A stretch of DNA of 47,550 nt, filler included, from Circinaria calcarea (lineage: Eukaryota): NCBI GenBank assembly GCA_051942165.1. It is 2 parts of 2 records of this genome, joined end to end, with 100 filler letters (N's around TTAATTAATTAA, not from the genome) between each part and the next. Parts side by side here need not be neighbours in the genome. Positions count along the whole stretch, not along the records: positions 1 to 23,781 come from JAVECS010000116.1; 1 more part is not named here. One strand, 5' to 3'. The position numbers and the translations under genes are program-made. Every line of letters begins with the position of its first letter. The first letter of the stretch is position 1. Below the pieces are notes generated by a model. That model did no database searches. It saw nothing but the letters and a program-made list of their open reading frames with translations, and had not been told where the DNA came from. Shown in pieces: positions 8,345 through 17,198 of this stretch.

Positions 8345-9286
8345 CTACTGCAGGGACGTGGTCGGGAACGGGAGGGGGCTCCTCACCTTGAAGGTGTTCA
8401 GCCCCACGGACGTGATGAAGTACTCGGACGTGCTGCTGAAGACGTAGCAGGCCAGCTGCCAGTTGCCGATGCCGGCCGTGACCACGTTCTTGAGCGCGAT
8501 GGCGTCGCTGAGCCCGTCGTGCTCCACGTGAGGGTACCAGGGCGCGTAGATGTTGGCGAGCGTGGACAACTTCGAGCTGTCGTGCGGGTCCGGCCTCGTG
8601 ACTATCTTGAAGATCGGGAGCGAGTCCGACAACCTCCACCTGGGCGGGTTCATGCCCCACAGCATCATCGTCTTCAGGAGCATGACATGGTCGTGGCACA
8701 TCCCGTTGTGGGCCACGAGCACGACGTCCGACTCCACCCCGGACCCGTTCGTCCGCTTATTCATGATCATGTTGACCCACATGACGAAGCGCTCCATCGC
8801 GACCCTGGGCTCCACGGCCATCATCATGTAGACCATGGGCGTGAACTTGCTGATTATCGGGCTCCTGTTCCTCCTCGAGGACGTCTTGATGATCAGGTCG
8901 ATGTGCTCGCCCGTGACGGTGACCGCGGATAACTGGTCGATCTCGTTCGAGCTTGTGACCTCGATGTCGTAGAAGATGAAGGTGGTGTTCTCCGTCGTGT
9001 TCACCGTCGAGATCCTCTTCACGACCGAGTCCGTGGTAGTGTGGTTGGTGCAGGTGTCGAACCCGGCCCTGAGCGTCGTCGAGTAGTACTCCGAGAACGC
9101 GGACGAGTTGGCGCACCCGGGGTGACTGCAGACGGTGAACTTGAAGTCCCTGCTGTTCATCATCGGGCTGGAGGGCATCCACATGTCGTCGGCGCTGATC
9201 CTGAGCCCCCTCATGTTCCTGGACTTGCGCGTGTAGTCGGAGCCGGGGTTGCTCGTGGCCCTGCTGGGGGGCGAGTTCGTCCCCAT
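8345..9286 (-). CDS. DEDDh (DnaQ-like) 3'-5' exonuclease with an N-terminal Cys/His cluster, 313 aa
   Basis: ExoI FYDIEVT, ExoII LVAHNGMCHD, ExoIII HDGLSDA; CSHPGC...CTNH upstream. Confidence 0.85.
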   Translation of the reverse strand: MGTNSPPSRATSNPGSDYTRKSRNMRGLRISADDMWMPSSPMMNSRDFKFTVCSHPGCANSSAFSEYYSTTLRAGFDTCTNHTTTDSVVKRISTVNTTENTTFIFYDIEVTSSNEIDQLSAVTVTGEHIDLIIKTSSRRNRSPIISKFTPMVYMMMAVEPRVAMERFVMWVNMIMNKRTNGSGVESDVVLVAHNGMCHDHVMLLKTMMLWGMNPPRWRLSDSLPIFKIVTRPDPHDSSKLSTLANIYAPWYPHVEHDGLSDAIALKNVVTAGIGNWQLACYVFSSTSEYFITSVGLNTFKVRSPLPFPTTSLQ

Positions 9287-9449
9287 GTTAGATCAAGATC
9301 GACTTGTTGATCGCGAGGTAGATCGGCACGTTGGTGTACAGGATTAGCACGGCCTGTTCCACCTCCTGATCAGCATCCGCTAGATCACCTGCACGCCCAT
9401 GTCTCTCGGGTAGATCAGGCTCTACCAGTTCGGTAGGTACTACAGCATC

Positions 9450-10619
9450 ATGTCGGACAAGGACGTGATCGACGGCTTGGTCAACTTCGAGATCCAGAGC
9501 GACGTGACGAACGACGACAGGTATCAGGACGACGGAGAGGTGGGCATCAGCTCCTCGGACAAGTTCACGGAGTTGTTGGAGGCCGTGATGTCCATCAAGA
9601 TAACGGTCGAGGGCTTCGACAAGAGGCTGACCAAGCTGGAGTTCACGGTCGAGTCCCTGAAGAAGGACAGAAACAAGGACAGGCCCAGGCAGACGGCCAT
9701 GATGCCGAACCTGGACGCGATGAGGCACTCGGCGTCGCCCGTGTTCGGCTCCACGAAGCCGTTGCCGTCCATGCGCAGGGACGACGACACGGAGTCGTTC
9801 AGCAATGTGAGCGTGACCAAGACCGACCTGTCCGGCCCGATCACAGGGATGGACACCATCAGCTACATGGACAGAACGCCGAACCCGGCCTTGTTCTCGA
9901 CGTCGACTATGACCCCCTTCAAGACCAACTCGGCCATCGCCAACAGGGGCTACGACACGAAGCTGGCCCTATGGGGGACCTGCTTCGCCTCCTTGGTCAT
10001 CGCCTGCATGAGGAAGTACATCCAGTTCACGGGTGAGACCGGCCACATCATCGACGAGAGGTTCCTGATGAAGACCTACTGCAAGATCATCCCCGACCTC
10101 TACACCAGGGTCAAGTGTGCGGAGCTGCCCGCGGTCCAGAGCCAGGACGCCCTCTTCATGTCGAAGGTGTTTTCGAGGAAGGACCCGAGCGACGTCCCGG
10201 TGTCGACGGCGAACACGTGGTGGGAGATGAACCAGCACGCGGACGGGGCGGCGTGCATGTCCGTGATCGAGAGCGTGTTCATGGCCGCGAAGATGGTGCC
10301 GGAGGCGCTGATGCACCCGATCTCGCAGCTGGTCGAGAACATGAACCAGCCCGTGGTCAGGAACAGCCCCAAGGGGCCGTCGTTCTCCATCCCCTCGAGC
10401 ACGAAGATCTCCCTGGTCCCCAACGGGCCCGAGAACTTCTGCAGGTACCTGAAGGTGGCGTCGCTCAAGACCTACGTCAAGTACAGGCTGCAGGGCGACA
10501 ACGAGAGCACCACCATCAGCAAGATGCTACAGACCATGAGGGAGACGGACCTGTTCGACAACAAGAACCTGCACAGGGGCAGGGAGCTGGTGGCTGACCT
10601 GTCCAAGCCCCCGTTCTAG
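9450..10619 (+). CDS. Hypothetical protein, 389 aa, with N-terminal coiled coil
   Basis: ATG-started ORF with element codon bias; heptad segment VEGFDKRLTKLEFTVESLKK. Confidence 0.75.
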   Translation: MSDKDVIDGLVNFEIQSDVTNDDRYQDDGEVGISSSDKFTELLEAVMSIKITVEGFDKRLTKLEFTVESLKKDRNKDRPRQTAMMPNLDAMRHSASPVFGSTKPLPSMRRDDDTESFSNVSVTKTDLSGPITGMDTISYMDRTPNPALFSTSTMTPFKTNSAIANRGYDTKLALWGTCFASLVIACMRKYIQFTGETGHIIDERFLMKTYCKIIPDLYTRVKCAELPAVQSQDALFMSKVFSRKDPSDVPVSTANTWWEMNQHADGAACMSVIESVFMAAKMVPEALMHPISQLVENMNQPVVRNSPKGPSFSIPSSTKISLVPNGPENFCRYLKVASLKTYVKYRLQGDNESTTISKMLQTMRETDLFDNKNLHRGRELVADLSKPPF

Positions 10620-11260
10620 TCCCTGTCCTCGAGCCTGCTCGACCTCGCTATCGTGGCGTTGCGCATGGCCATCCTCCCGACGTCGATGACGAACGTGGGC
10701 TTGGTCATCTTCATGGACTGCCGGAAGTCGTAGAACGAGCTCTGCTCCTGGTTCATCTCCGTTCGCTCGATCCTGGTCATGTTCCTGGTCAAAATCTCGA
10801 TGTGGGGCGCGACGATGGTGTCCCTCGGGTACAAGTGGACGTCCGCTGCGCCGGCCATGTTCATGGTCTCGGTGTAGCCCACGGGGCTCCTCGAGCCGAG
10901 CAACCAGGTCGAGCTCATGTTGTCGAGCGTGCTTCTGAGTCTGTCGATGATCGACCACAAGTGGACGAATGTGTTGGAGGTGCTCCCCGGCCACGACACG
11001 GAGAAGTGGTTCACGTCGTAGTTGTCGGCGCAGATGATCCACATGAGGACGAAGGTGGGCTCGCAGTCGGGCGGGTTCGGGAGGTTGCGCCAGGTCGTGT
11101 ACGTGAACGTGTACAGCTTCTCGTATATGTTGATGAGCTCGTCCAGCTTGATACCGCTGATGAGGATAGAGTCCTCGCCCGCGTTCTCCCTCTCGCCGAT
11201 GTACACCGGCACCTTGGCGAACATCTTCAGGGTCGCGATGATGGAGTTGCTCAGGGACAT
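10616..11260 (-). CDS. Hypothetical protein, 214 aa
   Basis: ATG in AAC-ATG context; element codon bias; stop overlaps the convergent gene's stop in CTAG (10616-10619). Confidence 0.7.
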   Translation of the reverse strand: MSLSNSIIATLKMFAKVPVYIGERENAGEDSILISGIKLDELINIYEKLYTFTYTTWRNLPNPPDCEPTFVLMWIICADNYDVNHFSVSWPGSTSNTFVHLWSIIDRLRSTLDNMSSTWLLGSRSPVGYTETMNMAGAADVHLYPRDTIVAPHIEILTRNMTRIERTEMNQEQSSFYDFRQSMKMTKPTFVIDVGRMAMRNATIARSSRLEDRD

Positions 11261-11275
11261 GTTTATGTTGACGAT

Positions 11276-12394
11276 CTAGATCGGGTCTCTGTACTCGTTC
11301 AGGTCGATGGTGGTGGTAGTAGCGAAGCTCGTGGTCCAGTTCGTGTTCGTCTTCTCCGGGGCGTTGGCCACGTCGTTCCCGATCAGGTGGAGGAGGGGGA
11401 GCGCCATATCGTACATCATCCTGCAGTCGAAGCACATGCCATGCAGGTTCATGGGCCTGATCCTGTTGCTGATCGCGGATATGATGCCGTTGGTGCACTC
11501 GGGCTCGTTCCTGAACAGGGTCCTGTACGCGGTGCTGTTCGTGTCCCACACCGCGTTCCTGATCCTCACCATGCTCCTGGTCGGGTCGGAGATCACAACC
11601 ATCTCCATGACCATCTTGGCGCCCCTGACCGCGCAGGCGGTGTCGTACATGATCACGGGGTTGCACAAGGACATCGTGATGGACACCAACACATTCCTCA
11701 TCACGGACAGCGACTCGATGCTGGACCTGTTCACGTACTCGTTGATCATCACAACGACGATGGCGTTCGCGTCGTCGGTCGTCATGCTGTTCACCATCGT
11801 GAGCCAGTCGTGGCTCATGTAGGTGGTCATGTTCTCGTTGGTGGCCGTCAACCTGGTGGCTATCTCGAGCATGTTCCTGTCGACGAACACGTGGACGGAC
11901 ACGTTCCTGTTCTTGAACGGGCCCATCTGCATCACCTCGTAGATGAACTTGATCATGCCGAGGTGCGTGGTCGACATCACGTTCGTGCACACGATGGCGC
12001 ACGTCTCGGTGGGCTTGTTCATCATCCTGATCGCGACCTCGATCATGCACATGATGTTGGACATCATCACCGACGTGATGTCGTTGCGCCTCAAGACCAG
12101 CCTCGTGTCCGTGGGCACGCCGAACATCAGACCTATCTCCTCGATCAGCGTCGGGATGGTGTTCAGATTGATCGGCACCCTCTCGTGCGCATGGATGTTC
12201 CTGGTTCTGGTCGTGGTGTGGTTGCAGGTCCTGCTCAAGTTCGTCATCTTGACCAGCTCCATCACCACGAGGGCGTCCAAGTGGCCGTTGTCGAACGTCG
12301 TCCCCGACGTGAAGATGTTCATGACCATGCTGCTGAACCAGGACACCTTCCTGGCTATGGACGTGATGTCGGTGCCGATGACGTTCGTGCTCAT
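11276..12394 (-). CDS. Hypothetical protein, 372 aa; possible degenerate P-loop (A32/FtsK-like) ATPase fold
   Basis: ORF with element codon bias. Pattern CAIVCTNVMSTT / VSVHVFVD / IVVVMINE / RNVLVSITMSLC follows P-loop motif order but lacks GK[ST]. Fold call is speculative. Confidence 0.65.
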   Translation of the reverse strand: MSTNVIGTDITSIARKVSWFSSMVMNIFTSGTTFDNGHLDALVVMELVKMTNLSRTCNHTTTRTRNIHAHERVPINLNTIPTLIEEIGLMFGVPTDTRLVLRRNDITSVMMSNIMCMIEVAIRMMNKPTETCAIVCTNVMSTTHLGMIKFIYEVMQMGPFKNRNVSVHVFVDRNMLEIATRLTATNENMTTYMSHDWLTMVNSMTTDDANAIVVVMINEYVNRSSIESLSVMRNVLVSITMSLCNPVIMYDTACAVRGAKMVMEMVVISDPTRSMVRIRNAVWDTNSTAYRTLFRNEPECTNGIISAISNRIRPMNLHGMCFDCRMMYDMALPLLHLIGNDVANAPEKTNTNWTTSFATTTTIDLNEYRDPI

Positions 12395-12482
12395 GTTCGC
12401 GTTGAGGTTCCTGAGTGGATTCCCAACGAGTTGGACTCGTACACGGGATCGCGATCCGAAGCAGACTCAGGTGCTGACCAAG

Positions 12483-13418
12483 ATGTACTCCGCGTGGAGG
12501 TTCGACGACACGAAGGTGAACGTGATCAGGCCCAAGACCGTGAGCGAGCACGCGCGGCAGGAGAGGGACAGGAGGATGAACGCCACCGAGCTCGTGACCA
12601 AGTTAGCGACCGAGGTCACGGCCGTGCTCCCGCCTCTGTCGGCGTCCGAGACCCTGTCCATGTTGTTCAGGCAGAGGGGCGTCCCGTGCATCGACTCGTT
12701 CACGGCCAGCATCATCGGGGCGTTCAGAAGGGCCATGAAGTACGACTCGATTGTAGAGGGGTACGAGCGCAAGTTCATGCCGCTGGTCAGGTGGGAGAAC
12801 AAGGAGGTGGCCGCGACCTTGTGGACGATCGAGCCCGTGGTGTCCAGCCTGTTGATCAGAGGGAACAGCATCGACGTCAGGCACGCGTACGAGACGTACT
12901 CGAAGTACCTGGAGTGGATCGAGCCCATGTCCATGACCACGCACTCGACGGTGCCCAAGGCCGGCAACGAGCTCAGGGGCAGGTGGGCCGGCTGGATAGT
13001 GTGGATGGCGACCCAGGTCCAGGGCTGGAATGACTCCGTGTGCTCGATGTGCAACATGAGCTCCAGCCTGTTCGCGATCAGCATCCACATCAGGAATGGC
13101 GACTTGGTCCACTTCGCGATGACGCCCGAGACCATCAACATCCTCGCGACCTACGCCGGGGGCATGGCCTCCAGCCTGAACGTGACCGTGTCGCTGACCT
13201 CGCACACCTCCACGAAGCTGAAGATCCAGCCGTCCGTAGTGACCAACAAGTCCACGTCGCTGCGCCTGTTCGGGAACGGGTCCATGCAGTTCTGCGGCTC
13301 CCCGACCGACATCGAGGTTTTGTTCTCGGCGTCGTTCTCGATCGTGAAGAGGGCCATGGAGACGGACCCGCACTCGTTCCTGACCAGCATGAGGCAGCTG
13401 AGGTCGTTCCCGGTCTAG
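12483..13418 (+). CDS. Protein with a C-terminal TATA-binding-protein (TBP)-like repeat, about 311 aa; alternative ATG at 12393
   Basis: TSLRLFGNGSMQFCGSPTDIEVLFSASFSIV resembles the TBP repeat signature T-x-LIF-x-SGK-h-V-x-TG followed by a helix. The track ORF's portion 11943-12392 is antisense to the 372-aa gene. Confidence 0.6.
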   Translation: MYSAWRFDDTKVNVIRPKTVSEHARQERDRRMNATELVTKLATEVTAVLPPLSASETLSMLFRQRGVPCIDSFTASIIGAFRRAMKYDSIVEGYERKFMPLVRWENKEVAATLWTIEPVVSSLLIRGNSIDVRHAYETYSKYLEWIEPMSMTTHSTVPKAGNELRGRWAGWIVWMATQVQGWNDSVCSMCNMSSSLFAISIHIRNGDLVHFAMTPETINILATYAGGMASSLNVTVSLTSHTSTKLKIQPSVVTNKSTSLRLFGNGSMQFCGSPTDIEVLFSASFSIVKRAMETDPHSFLTSMRQLRSFPV

Positions 13419-13804
13419 GTCGTGTTGATGTTAGTCGTCCCGATGGCGTCCATGGGCACGTGCGTGCGCCGCTCCAAAAACACCATCCCGCTGCCGATGA
13501 TGTTCCTCACCTCCACCGAGCCCACGTACGAGGTCCTGACGTAGTTGACCATGGACTGCATCGCGGAGCGGTAGTGCTTGTCGCAGTCGGGCTGGATCAC
13601 GATCTCGTTCTTGGGCATGCACCTGTCGCAGAAGGTGAACTTGATCGAGTTCTTGACGTTGTTCCTGTTCGCCTCGGCGTGCCTGTAGATCCACCCGCTC
13701 GCGAAGATGTTGGGGTGCGTGCCCGGGTCGTACTTCCTGCACGCCGTCAGGATCGACGTGCTGCTCTTGCACATGACGCAGGCGCTGATCGACCTCCTGC
13801 ACAT
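13415..13804 (-). CDS. Small Cys-rich protein (MC-x6-C-x2-C-x9-C family), 129 aa
   Basis: MCRRSISACVMCKSSTSILTAC...FCDRC; stop overlaps the convergent gene's stop in CTAG (13415-13418). Confidence 0.7.
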   Translation of the reverse strand: MCRRSISACVMCKSSTSILTACRKYDPGTHPNIFASGWIYRHAEANRNNVKNSIKFTFCDRCMPKNEIVIQPDCDKHYRSAMQSMVNYVRTSYVGSVEVRNIIGSGMVFLERRTHVPMDAIGTTNINTT

Positions 13805-13925
13805 GTTCGCGTTGATGATCGTCCGGACTGGTAGGCGTGAACCTGTACCTGGTCAACTCGTGGTACGCGTACGAGTTTTTGTACATGAACGTGATCATGA
13901 TCACGATCCTCTACTTGTTCGCTAA

Positions 13926-14246
13926 CTAGTGGACGAGCCCCATTATCTTCGCCAACCTGTACTGGGTCTTGGTCATGCGCGCGCGCACATTCGCGTACGT
14001 GACCGTGTTGATGTTCACGCCGTCGACCGAGCTTCTGCCCGTGGACGTGGTGGATGTAGCTGTCCCTGATCTGGTCGCTGTCCTCGACCTAGTCGCTGCT
14101 CTGCACTCGTTGCAGGTCTTGTTCCTCTCCACGTCCTTGGTCACGCCGGCGCACTCGTTCCTGGTGATCTTCTCGTTGCAGTACATGATCGAGGTGCTGT
14201 ACACGGTCTTGTGCCTGGGGCAGTGGATGTCGGTGGTAACGCACAT
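13926..14246 (-). CDS. Small Cys-rich protein (MC-x6-C-x2-H-x10-C family), about 106 aa
   Basis: MCVTTDIHCPRHKTVYSTSIMYC...TCNEC; start placed at ATG 14246 by analogy with its paralogues. Confidence 0.65.
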   Translation of the reverse strand: MCVTTDIHCPRHKTVYSTSIMYCNEKITRNECAGVTKDVERNKTCNECRAATRSRTATRSGTATSTTSTGRSSVDGVNINTVTYANVRARMTKTQYRLAKIMGLVH

Positions 14247-14363
14247 GGCGCTGATCTTGATCATGTGCCTGTTCAACTAGTCATTCGTGGTTTTGTACCT
14301 GTACCCGCTGGTGTACTGGGACTCGACCGCGTTGATGAACGAGACTAGGAAGTCGTACTGCAT

Positions 14364-16172
14364 CTAGTTGGCGATCAGGTCGTGACCACGCCCCTGTGCA
14401 CGTCGCCGACGAGTACGTGATGATGCGAACGGGGCGAACTTGGACATGTTCCCCAACGCCATCGAGCCCAAGATGGTGCTCACGTCCGTGGTCATGTTCA
14501 CGGACCCGTCCACCGCCGACTTCCTGAGCTCGGACTTGAGCCAGCGGATGTCGCTGCACGTGATGGAGGTGTACCAGTCGCCCCCCATGCTGCGCATGAT
14601 CCTGACCATGTCGTCGGAGATGACCTCGGTGACCTTCCTGCTCGCGAAGGCGAAGAAGATCGCGGCCGCCAACCTCTCCTCGTCCGTGAGCTTGATGTCG
14701 TCCAGCTCCTCGACCATGGACACGACGATGACCGCCCTGTGGAGCAAGTCCTCGGGCGAGTACGCATTGGCGATGTAGGCCATCTTCGTGTAGGGGCATG
14801 TGCCCTGGGACGCCTCCATCACCGGCATCATGACCACGCGCGGCGACCCGTTCGTCTCCGTGAGCGCGAAGCAGTTGCTAGTGCTCTTCATCAACGTCTC
14901 CACCGCTGTGAACCTGGTCGGGTCCTTCCCGTGCTTGGCGATGTCGATCCCCCTCTGGTACAGGCTGGCGGTCATCTTGGTCAACGCCGAAGAGCACGTG
15001 CCCTGGTTCATGCCCGGGGGGGCCAACACGGCCGGGATCGGGGGCGGGTCGCTGGACCTGATCCTGATGTGGTCCTTGTCCACAACCACCATCGTGCCCA
15101 TCATCATGGAGTTGCGCATGTGCACGTACGGCTTGCCGATCCCGTGCTTGCCCATGGTCGAGTTGACGATCCCGTCCAGGGACCTCTCCACCCACGTGTT
15201 CCAGTACGTGGGGCTGAACGACGTGGCGCCCATGACCTTCCAGCTCTTCGGCTTCAGCATCAGGGTGTCGTAGATCTCCCCGCCCGGGTGGTCGAGCATG
15301 TCCTCCAGCGGCATCGTGGTGTACATCGCGCCGTCGATGGACGTGTCGCCCCCGGCCTCGAGCACCAACCTGTCCAGCCTCGCGCTAATGTCGACGATCG
15401 AGCTCTTGTGCCACACCCTGTCGAAGGCCTCCTCCGTCTCCATGATCGCGTCCGTGGTCATGGGCTTGTAGATCCAGTCCTCGTCGCCGTCGAAGTCGGT
15501 GTTGTTCAGCTTGCACACCTCGAGCGGGACCCTCATCGAGTGCTCGTTGCTCGTGGTCCTCATGACTCTCATCGGCAACGAGCTGTTGGCCCCCTGCGAC
15601 GGGCACCTACCGAGTATGACCACGTCCCCCTCCTCGATCTTGGTCGACTCGAACCTCCCGTCCTCGGTCAAGAAGAGGAACTTGCCCTTGGTGAACGTCT
15701 CGTTCGGGAGGCTGATCGTACCCCTGGGCCCCTTCAGGGGCGAGGCCACGAACCTCATGCTGTTGGTGGGCCTGGTCGAGTTGCACTGCTTCCTCAGGAT
15801 GCCGTTCTTGCCCTTGATCCTGCCGAGGCAGTAGTCCACCACCTCGGCCGGGGTCCTGTCCCCGCTGCAGATGGCGGAGTTGATGGCGGCCGCGTCGCTG
15901 TACCTGAGCTCGTCCCCGGTCGCGAACCCGTACGGGATCATGAAGGTGGTCTGGTTCGGGTCCATCATGTGGTGCCCCTTGCACCCCATCCTCGCGTGCG
16001 TGGGGTCGACGCAGCCCGTGACTGTGGCGAGGTCCTCAGTCCTGCACGTGAACGTGGACACGTTCTGGAGCTTGAGCTCGGTCCACCTGCAGGACACCAC
16101 CAGCGGCGCGGTGGCATACGAGGACCCGGGCCTGGCCACCCTCCTGATGGTGAAGGGCCTCTCGTTCTCCAT
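14364..16172 (-). CDS. DNA-directed RNA polymerase largest subunit (RPB1/beta'-like), strongly shortened, 602 aa
   Basis: Catalytic NNTDFDGDE (NADFDGD motif), preceded by GKNGILRKQCNSTRPTNSMRFVASP (cf. GKxGRxRxNLxGKRVDxSxRxV) and ILGRCPS (cf. NRQPS). Confidence 0.9.
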   Translation of the reverse strand: MENERPFTIRRVARPGSSYATAPLVVSCRWTELKLQNVSTFTCRTEDLATVTGCVDPTHARMGCKGHHMMDPNQTTFMIPYGFATGDELRYSDAAAINSAICSGDRTPAEVVDYCLGRIKGKNGILRKQCNSTRPTNSMRFVASPLKGPRGTISLPNETFTKGKFLFLTEDGRFESTKIEEGDVVILGRCPSQGANSSLPMRVMRTTSNEHSMRVPLEVCKLNNTDFDGDEDWIYKPMTTDAIMETEEAFDRVWHKSSIVDISARLDRLVLEAGGDTSIDGAMYTTMPLEDMLDHPGGEIYDTLMLKPKSWKVMGATSFSPTYWNTWVERSLDGIVNSTMGKHGIGKPYVHMRNSMMMGTMVVVDKDHIRIRSSDPPPIPAVLAPPGMNQGTCSSALTKMTASLYQRGIDIAKHGKDPTRFTAVETLMKSTSNCFALTETNGSPRVVMMPVMEASQGTCPYTKMAYIANAYSPEDLLHRAVIVVSMVEELDDIKLTDEERLAAAIFFAFASRKVTEVISDDMVRIMRSMGGDWYTSITCSDIRWLKSELRKSAVDGSVNMTTDVSTILGSMALGNMSKFAPFASSRTRRRRAQGRGHDLIAN

Positions 16173-16299
16173 GGTCTAGCGCAACATGTACAGGTACACG
16201 GTACAGCTCTAGGGTCCTGTTCGACTCGAAGCATGATCCGGTTTTAGTTCATGTTCGCGCACTCGACCTGCACCTCGGCGCGTTCGAGATGGGCTACAT

Positions 16300-16746
16300 C
16301 TACTTGTTCATGGGCTGCTTGAGATTCGGATCGCCGGGGGGTAGCACGCCCATCGTCTTCGTGACCGGCTGCGCGGTCGCGTGGTCGTGCCAGATCCCGG
16401 ACCCATCCTCGGGCTCGTTCGGGGCCATGATCGCGCACTTGTTCTCGCGCATGCACAACGTCACGGGGGCCTGCACGCCCACGGACCTGCGCACGTCCTC
16501 GATCAGGTCCACGACCAGGTGCTGGTACCTCTCGTTGATCATCTTCAGGTTCATGAGCCCGTACTTGCCCTCCTCCTCAAGCATGCACTCGTGGTGGAAC
16601 GAGATGTTGAAGGTGTACTCGTCGATGCACCCGGTCGGGTAGAAGAGCATGACGACGCTGGCCTCGTTGGTCCTGTCGCTGCACGGGATGACGTTCGTGT
16701 TGGTGTGGCAGCACACGACGCAGGTCGCTACCCTGATCTTGCACAT
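16300..16746 (-). CDS. Small Cys-rich protein (MC-x6-C-x2-C-x9-C family), about 148 aa; upstream in-frame ATG at 16842
   Basis: MCKIRVATCVVCCHTNTNVIPC...FHHEC starting at ATG 16746. Confidence 0.6.
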   Translation of the reverse strand: MCKIRVATCVVCCHTNTNVIPCSDRTNEASVVMLFYPTGCIDEYTFNISFHHECMLEEEGKYGLMNLKMINERYQHLVVDLIEDVRRSVGVQAPVTLCMRENKCAIMAPNEPEDGSGIWHDHATAQPVTKTMGVLPPGDPNLKQPMNK

Positions 16747-16848
16747 GGTCGACGTCGGCGTGATGCAGTGGTCCGTCAACGTAGTCTCGTGCGTATACGC
16801 GATGATGATGGCGCACCTGACGCACTTTTTGTGCTCGTACATCTTCGT

Positions 16849-17112
16849 CTACGTCATCGGCGTCTTGTGGCACTGGCAGGCCAGGTTCTTGTTCTCGTAC
16901 GTCTTCGTGGCCATGAACGACTTCAAGTCGAGCTTCACGGGCATGTTCGCGGACACGCCGGTGTACGTGCACACGTTCGAGATCGTGTTGTCCGTGTCCT
17001 CCACCCTCATCGTCGTGCACACATTCCCGTTCGCACTCTCGGCGCAGAACTTGAACTTGGTCGAGATCGGGTCCCGGCAGTCGATGCAGATGTTGTACAT
17101 GATGTAGCACAT
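16849..17112 (-). CDS. Small Cys-rich protein (MC-x6-C-x2-C-x10-C family), 87 aa
   Basis: MCYIMYNICIDCRDPISTKFKFC...ACQCH. Confidence 0.6.
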   Translation of the reverse strand: MCYIMYNICIDCRDPISTKFKFCAESANGNVCTTMRVEDTDNTISNVCTYTGVSANMPVKLDLKSFMATKTYENKNLACQCHKTPMT

Positions 17113-17198
17113 GATGATGACAGCTACCAGTACTCGACTGTGTGCCTGGTGAGCGTCGCTATCTACACTGGATCCTACATCACCACGCAGACACGAAC

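Noticed and set aside
16649..17107. Hydrophobic 152-aa plus-strand ORF as a membrane protein
   Set aside because: It is antisense to two Cys-rich genes whose shared motif supports the minus strand.
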